Positions 36,405-49,341 of a stretch of 64,000 nt of DNA are shown in pieces; the stretch's first letter is position 1; each line of letters starts with the position of its first letter. The translations under genes were made by a program, and so were the position numbers. This DNA is from Squalus acanthias (lineage: Eukaryota). A model generated the notes under the pieces. It did no database searches. It had not been told where the DNA came from and saw only the letters and a list, made by a program, of their open reading frames with translations. The DNA lies in contig CM059432.1 in NCBI GenBank assembly GCA_030390025.1, forward strand, positions 109,122,001-109,186,000. The letters run 5' to 3'.

Positions 36405-36740
36405 AATTTAGAACACAGTCCGTGTCAGCATTTAGCCTCTACGTGAGCAAATAGTCCTAATCACATTTACCCACCCTGTTCCATATCCCTTCAACCCCTT
36501 ATCCTTCATCCACCTATCCAATCTAATCCTGAACATTGACATCGTTTCTGCCTCAACCATTAACCCTGGAAGTGAATTCCACAGCCTCACAACTCTCTGT
36601 GTGAAGAAGATCCTCCTGCCCTCTGTCTAAATCTCTTGTATTTAATCTTGTATCTACGGCCCCTTGCTCTTGATCCCTTATCTACTGGAAACAGTCTGCT
36701 TCTATCTGACATATCCCATCCTTCCATAATTTTAATCGTA
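36405..36740 (-). mobile_element. Old CR1 3' fragment
   Basis: gaattccacagcctcacaactctctgtgtgaagaag...ctggaaacagt, similar to the other CR1 3' ends. Confidence 0.6.
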
Positions 36741-36771
36741 TTAAATTTCAATCATATTAAACACTTACTAT

Positions 36772-37308
36772 TGGGATGATTTTAGCTCTAACCGCCTTGC
36801 GGAAACTGGGTGTGGACAGTTAAATTCACCCAAGTTACTTAGCTGCCCTCGCATCGCCCAGATCCCACCTTTTTCTAAGGCTTCTAGATGGGCGGTTAAA
36901 CTGCCCGGCAAAAAGCAGCGGGATCCATCTTTAAATATGCAGATCGGGTTCTGTGATGTCATCGGGCTCTCACTGCAGTTTGAACTCAGGGCTGAAGAGG
37001 AAATCCACTGCGGCTTTCCCACCAGCCTGAACTGGGTCAAAAGAAGATTGTGATGTGAAGAGGCCCTGGGAGAGGTAAGTTTTTTCACTTCTCTTTGTTG
37101 GACCAGGTGGAGCAATAGTGCTTCCCCACTCCATCCCGCAAGGCGCCCTTTCTCCGCACCTACCTGCATGCCAGAGGGCGGTCATGGATCATTCAGGGCA
37201 GGAAGTGGACCAGCAGCATGTTAATGAGGCCTGAGAGTTAAAATAGCCCAGGCCTGATTTCTGCAGCAGTACCGCACCACCCTCCCGCTCCGAGTTAAAA
37301 TCGGGGCC
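36772..37308. mobile_element. Harbinger-like MITE
   Basis: Imperfect TIR tgggatgattttagctc / gagttaaaatcggggcc and TAT TSD. Confidence 0.65.
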
Positions 37309-39008
37309 TATGTTACAACGTAATTCAATTAGCCAACTTATCCTGGAATTCAGTTTCATGGGTGCCCTTTATGCTCCGTGACCGCCCTACATTATTCATT
37401 TATGACCCGCAAAACTAAATGTCGGCAGGCTATTTGACCACAGTTGAGTCCAATCCTGCCACAGACACTTCTAGCAGGGCTCGCTGGATGGAAACAAGGA
37501 GTAGAAATCCCAGACAAATTTTTTCCCTCTCTAGTTTAGGGGCACTGAGGCCAATTGCAACACCCCTACCAGTGCCCCGACTGAGCATCAAAATATTTGA
37601 TTGCCGCACACTTTTCCTTCGTAAAAATGTCACAAGTACGATTAAAAATAAATATAGTGTCGGCCATGCTGTCTGCTTAAATGAGTAATGAGCTGATTTA
37701 GTGCATGCTAAGTTCCAGAGAGGTGAACACTGTGACGTTGCAGCAGCCAGGTCGAACAAGGAGTACAAATTCAAAGCCATGAAGTCTTGAATGGTTAGCA
37801 ATGCCGTTTGTTCTTTATTTGTTTTTAGTCAAAAAAAATGTTGTTTTTACTTTGAAAAAAGTGTAAAACCTTCTATCTAACCCATCCAAGAACACAACCC
37901 ATTTTAGGGCCATTTTTTTTCACTGTGGAATGTGGCAACCCCTACATTAGACCCTGCAGCATATTTCATAACTTACTCATCTTCAGTTAGCTGAATCCAA
38001 CTTTGGCATCTTTTATAAAGTTATGGACCCCTGCAGAATGGGAGTTGAATGGCCACCTCCGCAAGAAGAGATCAGTGTCGTAATCTAACCATGACAGGCT
38101 GGCGTCTCAACAACTGGGACAAAGCTGCTGAAAGCCACACTGAGTGAGAGGTTGTTGTCTCATCTCAACCACAACTATCAGTTTTGGCCTCAGATCAAAG
38201 TGGTCAACTTGTGATCCCCTCACACTCATGGTCCAGAAACGGGGCGATTCTCTCAGTGTTCGCTGTGATCAGCACAGAAGCTCTTAGCATCTCCGCAGCA
38301 GACAAATGCTGTGCTCCCTTCAGCACTGTGAAAAGTTAATCAATAACTCTGTTGAGAAAGATTGACCGCAACGGTGGCCACCCACCCCTAATCTATAAGT
38401 GTACTAAGCTCTTCAGTTGAAAGCATTGAATTTCTCAGCAGGACAATCACATCCAAAGTAACTGGAAAAACACACAGATGCAAAAGATGTCTAGGAAATC
38501 TAGCAGAGCTGAAATTATCTAAAAGCTTAACCCTCCTTGCCACAGTCTTTAATACCATTGTCTTAAAAAGCTGTACATACTCAGTGATAGAATATTGCAA
38601 TCCAATTTGGCTGATGACAGTAAAAATCTTTGGGGGGTAATTTTGACTTTGGGAATGGAGAATCAGGCATGGTGGACAATGAGACCGATCTGCTCTAAAA
38701 TTTCGCCATTCATTTAAATTAAAACAAATGATTGAAACACACAGGAGCTCCACAAGTTGACCTCCAAACCTGCTTCTCCGATCTCCACTCCTGTTGATTT
38801 CACTACAACTAGGACACAGAGGAAGTTACCCCCTCATAAATGTAATATTAAAGAACTATTAAAACCATTAATGTCAAGTGTTTGACAAATTAACTTGTAT
38901 CTATTCCTATGATATATGGTAATGCTTTAGGTAATAGTTACATTTAAAATCCAATATGTTTCCATTTACCTATCATTAATTACCTTTGCAGCGTAGGCCT
39001 CCAAATAT

Positions 39009-39430
39009 TAGAAAGAAAGAAAGAAAGAACTTGTATTTATATAGTGCCTTTCATAATGTCGGAATGTCCCAAAGCACTTTACAGCCAATGAAGTACTTTT
39101 CAAGTGTAGTCACTGTTGTATTTTAGGAAACGCAGTAGCCAATTTGCACACAGCAAGACCCCACAGACAGCAATGAAATAATGAGCAGACAATCTATTTT
39201 TTTAATGGATCTTTTACGTCCACCTGAAAGGGCAGACGGGCCTCAGTTTAATATCTCATCTGAAAGATATCATCTGCATCTTTCAGTGCATCTCTGACAA
39301 TGCAGCGCTCCCTCAGTACTGCACTGAAGTGCCAGCCTAGATTTTGTGCTCAAGTCTCTGGAGTGGGGCTGTGAACCCACATCCTTCTGCCTCAGAGGAG
39401 AGCATGCTACCACTGAGCCACAGCTGACAT
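39009..39430 (-). mobile_element. DeuSINE/SacSINE1-like SINE
   Basis: Homologous to 378-830, with a (gaaa)n tail on +. Confidence 0.75.
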
Positions 39431-39607
39431 CTTAGGTGTCACATTAAGAGATGCTGTGGTGCATATTCTGTACACCTCCCAGTTGCCTACAGTCTTCAAA
39501 TATTTTTCCTTGCCCACCAATTTCAAATTTATCATGGGAGATGCACTAGTAATATATTAATCATGTGAAAAGCATGCACTTCCTGTAACTGTCAGACTTA
39601 ACTCCGT

Positions 39608-42600
39608 GGGCTCGATTTTGCCAGGCCCGAGGAGGCGGGATTGGAGGCGTGTGAGGTGGTAAAATCGCAAAAAATGGCGGGCGGGCCCGATCCCTCCTCC
39701 ATCCCGCCTCCGAGCAATTTTCCCAAATGCGTGTTTTCTGACTCCGTTTCCATCCCGCCTCCAAGAGGCGGGATAGGCCCATAAGGCCCTCAACAACCAG
39801 TTAAGTGCCTCTATAATCCCATTTTGAGAGGCCTTTCTGATTTTAACACTTTTCCCACGTGGTTCACGTCTCCTCTGGAACACGGCAGTGAAACCTGGCG
39901 GCAGCACAAGTGGACTGCTTACTAACAGCTGCAGCTCCACCATTAAAAAGGAGTTTTCAGCAATCATCATTTGCAGGTGGCAAAACTTTGTTGTCTCAGG
40001 TCTGGGGGAACTTTTAGCAGGCATACCCATTGTTGTGGAAGTTTGGAGCCTGACACCCATCTCCAGTACGACCTCCTGGGAAACCCCTCTCGCCACCTTG
40101 ACTGAGCGCTTCCTCAACTGAGGCATATACCAGAAGCATGGGAACCATTTATTTCCTTTCCTCCTGGACATCAGATTCGGACGAAGACCAGCCGTGGCAG
40201 CAGCAGAACCATGAACAACAGCACCACCAACAGCAGCAGCAACAACAGGAGCGCCAAGCTGCTGTTCACCCACCTGAAGCTACACTGGCCAGAAGGCGCC
40301 AGCGTGCGACCACATTGCTGCCCGGGATGCAAGGGATGCACTCATCTTGGCCAGATTTGCTTAGCCTGCACAATCAAACACTTTTGCCTCACACCTTCTT
40401 ATCAGACCATCGACAATGGCCAAGAACCTGCGGATTCCTATCACTCTGACCACCATACTGACAATTGCAAGTCGCCCTAAGCCCTCAATGTGGAAGTCCC
40501 ATTAGCGAAATGACACACGCCACTACTGCAACAGTTTGCCATCAGAATTTTTTATGTCAATAAGCAACTGATGGCTTTTCAAAATTAAACACAACATTAC
40601 ACCCAAGTGACTACCCTTGTGACTTGCAGGCCATTATCTTCCTCTTACGTGTGCTCCTACGTGGTGCTTCCCCTGTAGCTTCAGCAGATGTGGAGGCCCC
40701 TTGCTCACTTTCTTGCTGCTCCTCTCTCGACACCTTTGGCGGGCGTCCTCTGGGGTTGCGAACCTGTGAGGGCTCGGCAACAGTCTGCTGCTCCTGCGGC
40801 TGTGCAGGGGTTGAGACGCTGATCTCAGTTGGGTGGAGACTCTGGTGGGGCTCTGACCGAGGGCTCTGCAGTGGCATGGTTGGGTGAGCGCTTGGAGAGG
40901 AGCCCCCACTTCCTTGTTGTATGCCACCAACATCCCTCTCATGAGTCAGCCCCACTTCAGAGCTAGCAGGTGGCTGGACAGCACCTTGCTGCACTGCAGG
41001 GGGCCATGAGGACCCGTTTCTGCACTGGAAGTCCTACTCCAGATGACTTGCATGAAGGTCTGGTTTGTTTGCTCAATAGCTGACCATCGCTCCTCAAGAG
41101 ATGTCAGTCTATTCTGAACAATTACCATGTTTTCCATACCCTGGCGACTAAGCTCCTCGATGGACATAGCCATCCTCTCCTCTACCGTAGCCATCCTCTC
41201 CTCTACCGTAGCCATCCTCTCCTCTACATTAGCCAGCCTTACCATGGAGGTAGCCATCCTTTCCAAGGAGGTTGCCATCCTTTCCGTGGTGATGCGTTCA
41301 TGTGCCAACGCCTCCACAAAGGCTCTGCTCATGTTAGCGATGGACTCCTCCATTCACTCCACACTCGCAGCGACCCTGGAGACAAAACCTGCCAGAGACT
41401 CCTGCACCTGTTCCTGGAGTTCCAGCACCGCTCTCCTTCTGGATGGACCCGGAGGCACAGGGTCGACATGCAGCAGAGCCGAGCTGGGAGCGTCCTCTCC
41501 ACTGCGACGAGGACTCTCCACTGCTGTCCTTGTCTCCACCATCTGCTGATGCTCACTTGTGAGCTGTGATACACCAGGGGACAACTCTACTCTATGTCCC
41601 GAAGGTCCCACCGAGGTGTGAGTGTCTGCGCTGGTGCAGGGTGCGCTGAATTCTGCTGACGGAGCGCCCTCAGAGGTTGCAGCTTCCTCTGAGGAGTCTG
41701 GAAGCTCAGGCTCTTCCTCCTGGACAGTGGGACGGGGGTTCTCGATGGTCCTGTGGGGGAGTAAAGGAAAGAGTTGGAGATGTGAGGTAAAGGTTGCATG
41801 CACATTGAATTGTGTAGATGATCATAAGTCAATCTGTTAGAGCATCAGAATCATTATCAGTCACTCATGCAATGTCAATGAGAGAGATGCCAAACTATTC
41901 TGTCACCAGCTTGCTGTGATGCGCCCGCGTGTCCGTCCCCCACCGGGGAATCCTCCTCGATCCCGGCAATTTCCAGGGCCGCCTCCTCCGAGGTGGTGAG
42001 CTGGGCTACTGAGGGTGGCCCTCCTCCTGTCCTCGCTCTTTCCCTCTTATTGTGGGCTCTCTTTTCCTGCAATGAGGGACACAAGTGGAGTTTGAGTGAG
42101 AATGAAGGAGTGAGTGTAGAGAATCCATAGCATAGATGCTTAGAAGGAGACAAAGGGCCCTCCCTGTGTGTTGTAAGTTGTTGTCATTGCATCACAGTGA
42201 TAGGGAGTGTGAGGGCTGCATGGTCGAATAGTTAAGTGAATGTGACCATAGAGAGAGAGGGAATGGGTAAGGGTGCAGGGATGTCAGTGTCAAGTGGGAT
42301 GTGGAGGAAGAGGTTGGCAAAGCAGAGTGCTGGTGAGGCGAGGCGATGGGGATGAGATTGAGGGTGATGAGAAAGTCATACTCACTTTTCCTGTGCGGAG
42401 AAGGTCATGAAACCTCTTCCTGCACTGCAGCCAGGTTCTGCGGCACATAGAGATGGCATTGACCTCCTGGGCCACTTGCAGCCACACAGCTTTAGTCTGT
42501 TGTGGTGGCTTTTTTCTCCCTGAGGAAGGGAAGAGCACCTCCTTATTAGATCTTGCTCTTGGCACCAGAGCTTGGAGGGAGGGCTCATCAAAGCGAGGTG

Positions 42601-42905
42601 CACACTTTTGCTTGCTGGTGGACATGGTCGATAAATGAAGTCCTTCATACAATGTCCAAAGCGTTTCCAGTCTCCAGAAGAAGCAAGGCTGCTTGCAGGC
42701 CTTAAATCCAGCAGCACTGATGACGTCATCGGAGGCGACTTTCAGGATGGAAAGACTAATTGGGCCAGGGGTTCCCACACGCTGGAAATCAAGTACCCAA
42801 TTAGGGGAAAATCGCACTTTTTTCCCACTTCACATCAGAGTCGGGGTCCTGACACGAAAACCACCTGACACGCCCCAGCCCGACCCCAATGGCAAAATCG
42901 AGCCC
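39608..42905 (-). mobile_element. Non-autonomous Harbinger, family C copy 2
   Basis: Same 16-bp TIR. Flanks CGT / CAT (a TSD with one CpG-type change). Reverse complement of 32965-36117. Confidence 0.92.
40611..42625 (-). pseudogene. Three-exon Myb/SANT-like gene: exons 42625-42386, 42066-41907, 41750-~40611
   Basis: Exons 1 and 2 are open (MSTSKQKCAPRF...CRKRFHDLLRTGK / EKRAHNKRERARTGGGPP). Exon 3 has frameshifts and a TGA at 41354-41356. Confidence 0.85.
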
Positions 42906-44006
42906 CATGTAACACTTGCCCCATCACCTTTTGTTGATAACACCTATTATAAAACAGCATAAGCTCACCATGAGCAGTGTTACAGGATATATGTTTATAT
43001 TTACTATATCTAGAGCCTACAGCAAGAACCTCCAAATCAAACTTTGCACAAGCAAAATCAGGTTTTCTTTGATTGTCTGTGCTCTTAATTAAGACTCCTC
43101 TGCAATTGAGTTGTAAGAAATGTTTACAGTAATAAGTCAATTCAAATCACTACACCAATTTTAATCTTGTTCAAGCTAATTCTCCAAACTTGCATCTCTT
43201 GATTGTGTATTATTCTATACCCTTTAATGTTAAGGAATTATAATATTTATATGATGAATATGTGGTCGTAGTGTTCAACATGAGATCTTGCAAATTGAAT
43301 GACATATTAACATAATTAATCGCAACCTCTCATAATTTCATATCACACAGCATGTATAAACTAAATATTTTCTGCAATTCATCAGTTTGTAAAAAAAATA
43401 CTTGTGCATGTTCTGGAAACAACTTAATTAAATCCGCCAAATGCATGTCTGAAAACAGCTGGGCAGACAGAGTTCATACCCTGAGCAGATTACAGTTGCC
43501 AAGGGCAACGTGTCTCTCCCTGCCATTGTGGAGTGGAGGAGCTTATGTGTGGCTGTGTATGGCTAAGGTGCCAGTATATTAAAAATATAATTTCACTGGA
43601 CCATTAAGAGGGGTGGGGGGACAGATTATGGGTGAAAACTGAGAATGAGAGGCTGATGAGAAACAGGTCTTGGTTATATTTTAAATTTATTCCTTGAAGA
43701 TGTGAGTGGTGGCAATGGCGGCAAAGTGGATTGGAAGAAAATAAACAGCGGGAATTTCCTCGGCGCTTCTGCTGCCTAACTTCAGTGGAAGTGGAGTAGG
43801 AAGCCCGTTTGTATGTGGCTTCCTCTGGTGGGAACAGGTCTGAGGAAATTCCCAGCCTAAAATCTTCTTGATGGTATTTCCATGTATTTACTCAGTATTT
43901 CTAATGACTGAAGATCAGTCTCTAGGACAAAGCAGGTTCTGCAGCCAGAGAATATTCAGATCTGGATGGGGGAGAATTGTAGTTTCCAGGGTCTTCATTT
44001 TTACAG

Positions 44007-44330
44007 CCTTCTGAACTCAACATTGAGTTCAACAATTTCAGACTATAACCCCTGCCCCCTTTTTTCAGGTGGCAGCTGTTGATTATTCTGCCATCCCCAT
44101 TTGCAACATTTAATCTCCCCTGCCTTCCACCCTAGCACAGGCCGTCCCTTTAGTTCCTTCCTCCCCTCCCCCCCCACTTCCCTGCCTCTGCACCTGCTTA
44201 AAACCTGTTACATCCCTAACTTTTCCAGTTCTGACGAAGGGTCACAGACCTGAAACGTTAACTCTGTTTCTCTCTCCACGGATGCTGCCTGGCCTGCTGA
44301 GTGTCTCCAGCATTTTCTGTTGTTGTTTCT
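44007..44330 (+). mobile_element. Penelope-like 3' end / pLTR
   Basis: Matches 21720-22090 (aacattgagttcaacaatttcaga...gcttaaaacctgttacatc...gatgctgcctg). Confidence 0.75.
44227..44263 (+). ncRNA. Minimal type I hammerhead ribozyme motif
   Basis: agtt-CTGACGA-agggtcacagacct-GAAA-cg-TT-aact: stem I agtt/aact, stem II ggtc/gacc, palindromic AACGTT at stem III. Confidence 0.65.
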
Positions 44331-44659
44331 TCATTTTTATTATTCATTGGCAGTCACGATAATGGAAGGAGTAATTTCCAGACTCCAAAGCTCTTGGCTG
44401 GGAGCTTCGCCAGTGACAGCCGCCCATATTGGATACTCGTGCGCACATTGCACGCAGTTTTTCAAACATTCGGCCGTATGGACGGATACTCTTGATCGGC
44501 GCTGCAGGCGGGCAAGGCTCCCAGGCAGCAGCGCGGAGTCAGGAAATTATCCCTCAAAATCCAGTCGCAAGAAATATAGAGATTAAGTAGCGACCCAGAA
44601 GATTATATTTGAGTCCTTTTACAAATGGGGTTCGAGCTGCCAGTTTTTGGGCACTCCCT

Positions 44660-45045
44660 TAAGTTTAGAAGGTGATCTAATTGAGGTGCTTAAAATGATA
44701 AAGAGATTCCACAGAGTAGATACAGAGAAACTATTTCCTCTGGTGGAGTAATTCAGGAGAAAGAGGCACTATCTTGAAATTAGAGCTAGGCCATTCAGGA
44801 GTGAAATCAGGAAACACTTTTTCACACAAAGGGTAGTGGAAATCTGGAATTCTCTCGCCCAAATGTCTATGGATGTGGGACAATTGAAATTTTAAAAACT
44901 GAGATTGATAGATTTTTGTTAGGGAAGGGTATCGAGGGATATGGATCAAAGGTGGCTAAATGGAGTTGAGGTACAGATCAGCCATGATCTAATTTACTGG
45001 CGGATCAGGCTCGAGGGGCTGAATGGCCTACTCCTGTTCCTATAT
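44660..45045 (+). mobile_element. CR1 3' fragment
   Basis: ggtgatctaattgaggtg...gaatggcctactcctgttcctat. Confidence 0.8.
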
Positions 45046-47314
45046 TATCAGGCAAACGCTGAGCCATAATTACACCTGCATGGTATGTCAGAGTTTAAAA
45101 TGTTTTTCTTTAAATGTTTTCAATACTTATTATATGGCATGGCCTGAGGTGAGGTAAGTTCATGTTCTGGGTCACTGCATGGTAATCAGCCAGCCTACTA
45201 AAGAGATGGAGTAATTAGGAACCTGGTGCTGACCCATGTTTACCGATATCACGGGGTGGAAATATGTGTTATCATCAACAATATCAACACCCCGGGACTC
45301 TGATTAGAGAATAACCCTGTACTCAGAAGCCATAAGTGTCAGCTTGTCTCTGGCGCTATATAAATGCAAATTCTTTCTTTAATCGCGCCCAATATGACAC
45401 AAGGCCTTTCAATATCAGTTTTAACTGGAAAAAAGAAAGTAGAAAAACACTGAAGAGAAGTTAACTGTTTTAATGGAGAATATTGTTTAGGGTTAAAAAA
45501 AACGTAACCCTCATGGTTCTTGTGAAAATTTGTCTTTTGTAAAATTAATGGATATTTATCAAGAAGGATACAGTCTGACAGTTAAATCATTTTCTTTTCA
45601 TTTAATATTTGTCTTCTAGATGGTTGAAATCCCAGTAAATCTCCTAGATCCTTTTCAGATCAAGAACTTGTTCGCACAGAAGGAAAGCTCTATTAGTGAA
45701 AACTAAGAGTGCCCTTCACATTAGTTGAGGCAGATATCAGAAAGACTACGGGAGCCAACACCATGTTTAAAACGCTGTCTGTACTCCCTGTGGTCTATTT
45801 ACAACTGTATTCAGTGGAGTGTTGACCTGCTCTGTTCTCCATATGTAAATTCAGAGACACTTTGACTCACTCATGGGCAGGAATGGGTGAGTCCCAGTAA
45901 TTACAACAGCAGCTAAAGTCTTTGCAGTTGGTTGATTGCAGGAGAGAAGGCGCAGTCTCTGACCAACGTTTGTGGCCCCGTGTCGTCCAGTGTACCAGTG
46001 TTAGCTTATAATAGGCTCAGATATTACTGCTCAATGAGGAAACTAACCTTCCCATTATTCCCTATTTCATCCTCAGTGTCTTTTAAATGCTCATAAATGA
46101 TAAGAATTTTCCCCTCGTGCTGTGAAGTTCACTGCCCTTAGGGTTAATGTTTGCAACATTTAGGATGTGGTTTTTATGTAGGTAACTGTTTAAAAGTGCT
46201 ATTAAACTCATTATGTCTCATGTTATGAAAAAGCGACAGTGGTTGAGTGAGCTGTTTAATGTTTTATTACCTAATACTATGAGGCGTAAAGACTATGAGC
46301 AGCAGAAGGTGCATTGAGATAAAATGCTTGCCATTATCGCCACTGTGCAGCGGAGTCTTGTAAGATCTTATCAAAGGTTAGGTGCTAATGTTAGGATATG
46401 GCTGCTGTGAAAACCCTTTTCCATAGCTGATCATGCCTTGTTTAACAAGTGGCTCCTGACTCAAAATGTGCTTTGTATGTGGAATTAAATGCTGAGTGTA
46501 TTATCAGTCAAACATTAACATTTAGCAGGGCTATTTCAGATATTTTTCAATCCACAATTAGCCTGCACACCAAAATCAGGCAAATAGACATGTTGATCCA
46601 ATTAAGTAATGGTCTGTACACTGGTCTTCTCATTATTCTGATTAGACAAGTGTACATTTGTTCTCTGAGGTTCTCGATGCTAAATGGTGCTAATGAGGGC
46701 TGATGGATTCTCTGCTCGTAGCAGGCCTGCAGCATTGAGAGTCATTACTCTGGAAAGGGGTTTGATGGGATGCGCTTGCTTTTGTAGTGTCTCAGCTGCT
46801 GAGACTCCCCGACATAATCAGGTCACAAAGCTGGTCACAGCCATCAGCAAAAAAAAAACACACACACACGCTCTCATTATCAGAATGCAGTATTCAGCTT
46901 CAAAAATAGATCCAAACAAGACCGAATCTTTCTTGGAGAAAATCTCTTCACTATTAGAAGGGAGATAAAACGACCAACCTTCACTATTTAAGCCCCACAT
47001 GTTAATATCTTGCAGTTTAAGAAAAACACTGAGATAATATGAGCCCTCCTGCTACAATTAGAGGTGAGAATATGAAAATGGAACAGAGACATTTGCAATA
47101 AGGAGTGCAACTACTGCACTTTAGTGAAATACAATTTATAAAATTACTTATGGAGTGAAATTATGCAGTGCAATATTATAATGCACTTGTATGAACTTCA
47201 TTTTTCTACTATTTTAATGAAGGTGACAACCCATTTATTTTAAAAGTTTAATATCTTCCATATACCAGATTATGCTAATGCTTCTTTTACTAATAACGCA
47301 CAGTGTGATTTCAA

Positions 47315-47929
47315 GGGGGAGAAATTCATTATTGCCCCGTTTGGGGCGCTAACTTTTAAAAGTTGAGAAAATTAGCGACAGGCGCTAATGTTTCTAAGCT
47401 TTTAAAAAATTCAGTTTTGCACTCCAGGAAGGAAGTGGAGCGCTAAATCAAGCACTCCACTTCCTTCTTGGAGCGCAATCAGCAACAAGCGGGGTGGAGA
47501 CTTCAGCAGTGCTGCACACTGGGCCGTGCAGCGCTGCCGCATTCAAAGGCTTCTTCCCTCCCTTAAAGGGAAGGGCCATCACTGCAGGCTCTACAATAGG
47601 AAAAAGTACCTACCTGGATCCCCAAGGCAGCCGCGATCCCGCGCGATCAGCCTGCCAATCTTGAGTGCCTGGCTGATTGATCGCAGGCAGGAACGGGCGA
47701 AAAAAACTGGAACAAGAAAGGTAAGTTTTTTTATACTTACCTTGGCCACCTCGCCTTTAATCATCGCCCCCGAAGTGGCCGGCCGCCCGATGCACGCCTC
47801 CTGCAGCTGTCGGCGTTTTCGACCGGCACTGCTGCAGGGGGCGGAAGTCAATTTCGGTCGCAAATCCATTTGCGCCCCGTTAGCGCCCCACCGCTAAAAG
47901 GAGACGCAAAGGCATCCAATTTCGCTCCC
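47315..47929. mobile_element. Harbinger-like MITE, family D
   Basis: Homologous to 8427-9092. Flanks CAA / TAA. Confidence 0.8.
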
Positions 47930-48218
47930 TAAGTCTTTAAAAGCAACTTGTATAGAATTTAAAACCTATGTAAACAATTAGAATATGAATATAAACAGGG
48001 GTCTAAGGTGTAGGTTGTTCACTAATGCAATGAATTAGCACTATCTTGGTCCACGAGCTCTTCTTCTGGAGCATAGCATTCCTGTCTAGAGTTGGGTGCA
48101 TCTGAATCGCGATTTGAGACTGGCCATTCATCACACCTCCCTTCACTGGGGGACACAGGGAACCGCACCTGTTTTTGACCAGGCTGCTAGAAGAAACTCT
48201 TTCCCTTGAAATAAAAAC

Positions 48219-48662
48219 TAGAAAGTACTTGCATTTCTCTAGTGCCTTTCACAATGCCCCAAAGTGCTTTACAGCCCATGAAGTACTTTCTGAAACGTAG
48301 TCACTGTTGTAATGTAGGAAACGCGACAGTCAATTTACACACAAGCTCCCACAAACAGCAATGTGATAAATTACCAGATCATCTGTTTTAGTGATGTTGT
48401 TTGAGCTATAAATATTGGCCAGGACACCAGGGCAAACTCCTTTGCTCTTCTTCAAGTAATGCCATGGGATTTTTTACATTCACCTGAGAAGGCAGATGGG
48501 GCCTCGGTTGAAAGTCACATTCGAAAGATGGTATCTCTGAACAGTGCAGCATTCCCTCAGTACTGGCACTGGGAGTGTCAGCCTGGATTATGTACTCAAG
48601 TCTCTGAAGTGGGACTGTGAACCCACAACCTTCTGACTCTGAGGCAAGAGTGCCACGGCAGA
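48219..48662 (-). mobile_element. DeuSINE/SacSINE1-like SINE
   Basis: Homologous to 378-830. Confidence 0.75.
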
Positions 48663-49341
48663 CACAGTGAGGGAAGGGCTGGAAACTCCCATGACTAGTA
48701 GCCTTGCTTTTGCCAATTTTGGTCCCTATTTCAGGGGAGCAGGGTGAGAGAGAGAACTGGCAGATTCTGCGAGCCCACCTTCTGTTAGCCCATCACAGGG
48801 GAGCATCAGTCAAAGGGTGGAAAGATCCACACTGCTGGCTAACTCTCCTCCAATCTTGAGGGAAGAATTGCCAGTAGGAGGAAGCATAGATATAGAGGTG
48901 GGGCGAAGGGTTAATACGGCAATGGGAAGAGAAGATGAAGATAATGTAAAGGAGGAATTTCAGAAAAAGTCAAAATCAAAGATTCAAATGAAATTTGGAA
49001 GGCCAGAATTTCCTCGACGTGATTTACACTGAAATTTATGCTGATTTCTACACCAGCAACTTTCGCCGAAATTTCCGAGAGTGACATCAGCATATGCCAG
49101 AATATAAAAACCAGCATAAAGCAAGTGAAAATCAGCGTTAACAGTCAGGGCCGGGGAAAGCATGGAGCATACGCCATATTCCTCTTTATCTTATTGACGC
49201 TATGAAAATTGAAATTTGAAGCCATCAAACCATCATTTATTGTCTATAAGCCGAGCACATTTTAAAAAATGCAATCGTGCAAGCTTTTCTCTTTTTAACG
49301 TAAGTGATATTGATGTCATTAAAAAAATAATCAAAGATAGT

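Noticed and set aside
40138..40449. Gln-rich 103-aa mini-protein
   Set aside because: Out-of-frame transposase deletion junction. The equivalent frame in copy 1 stops after 19 codons.
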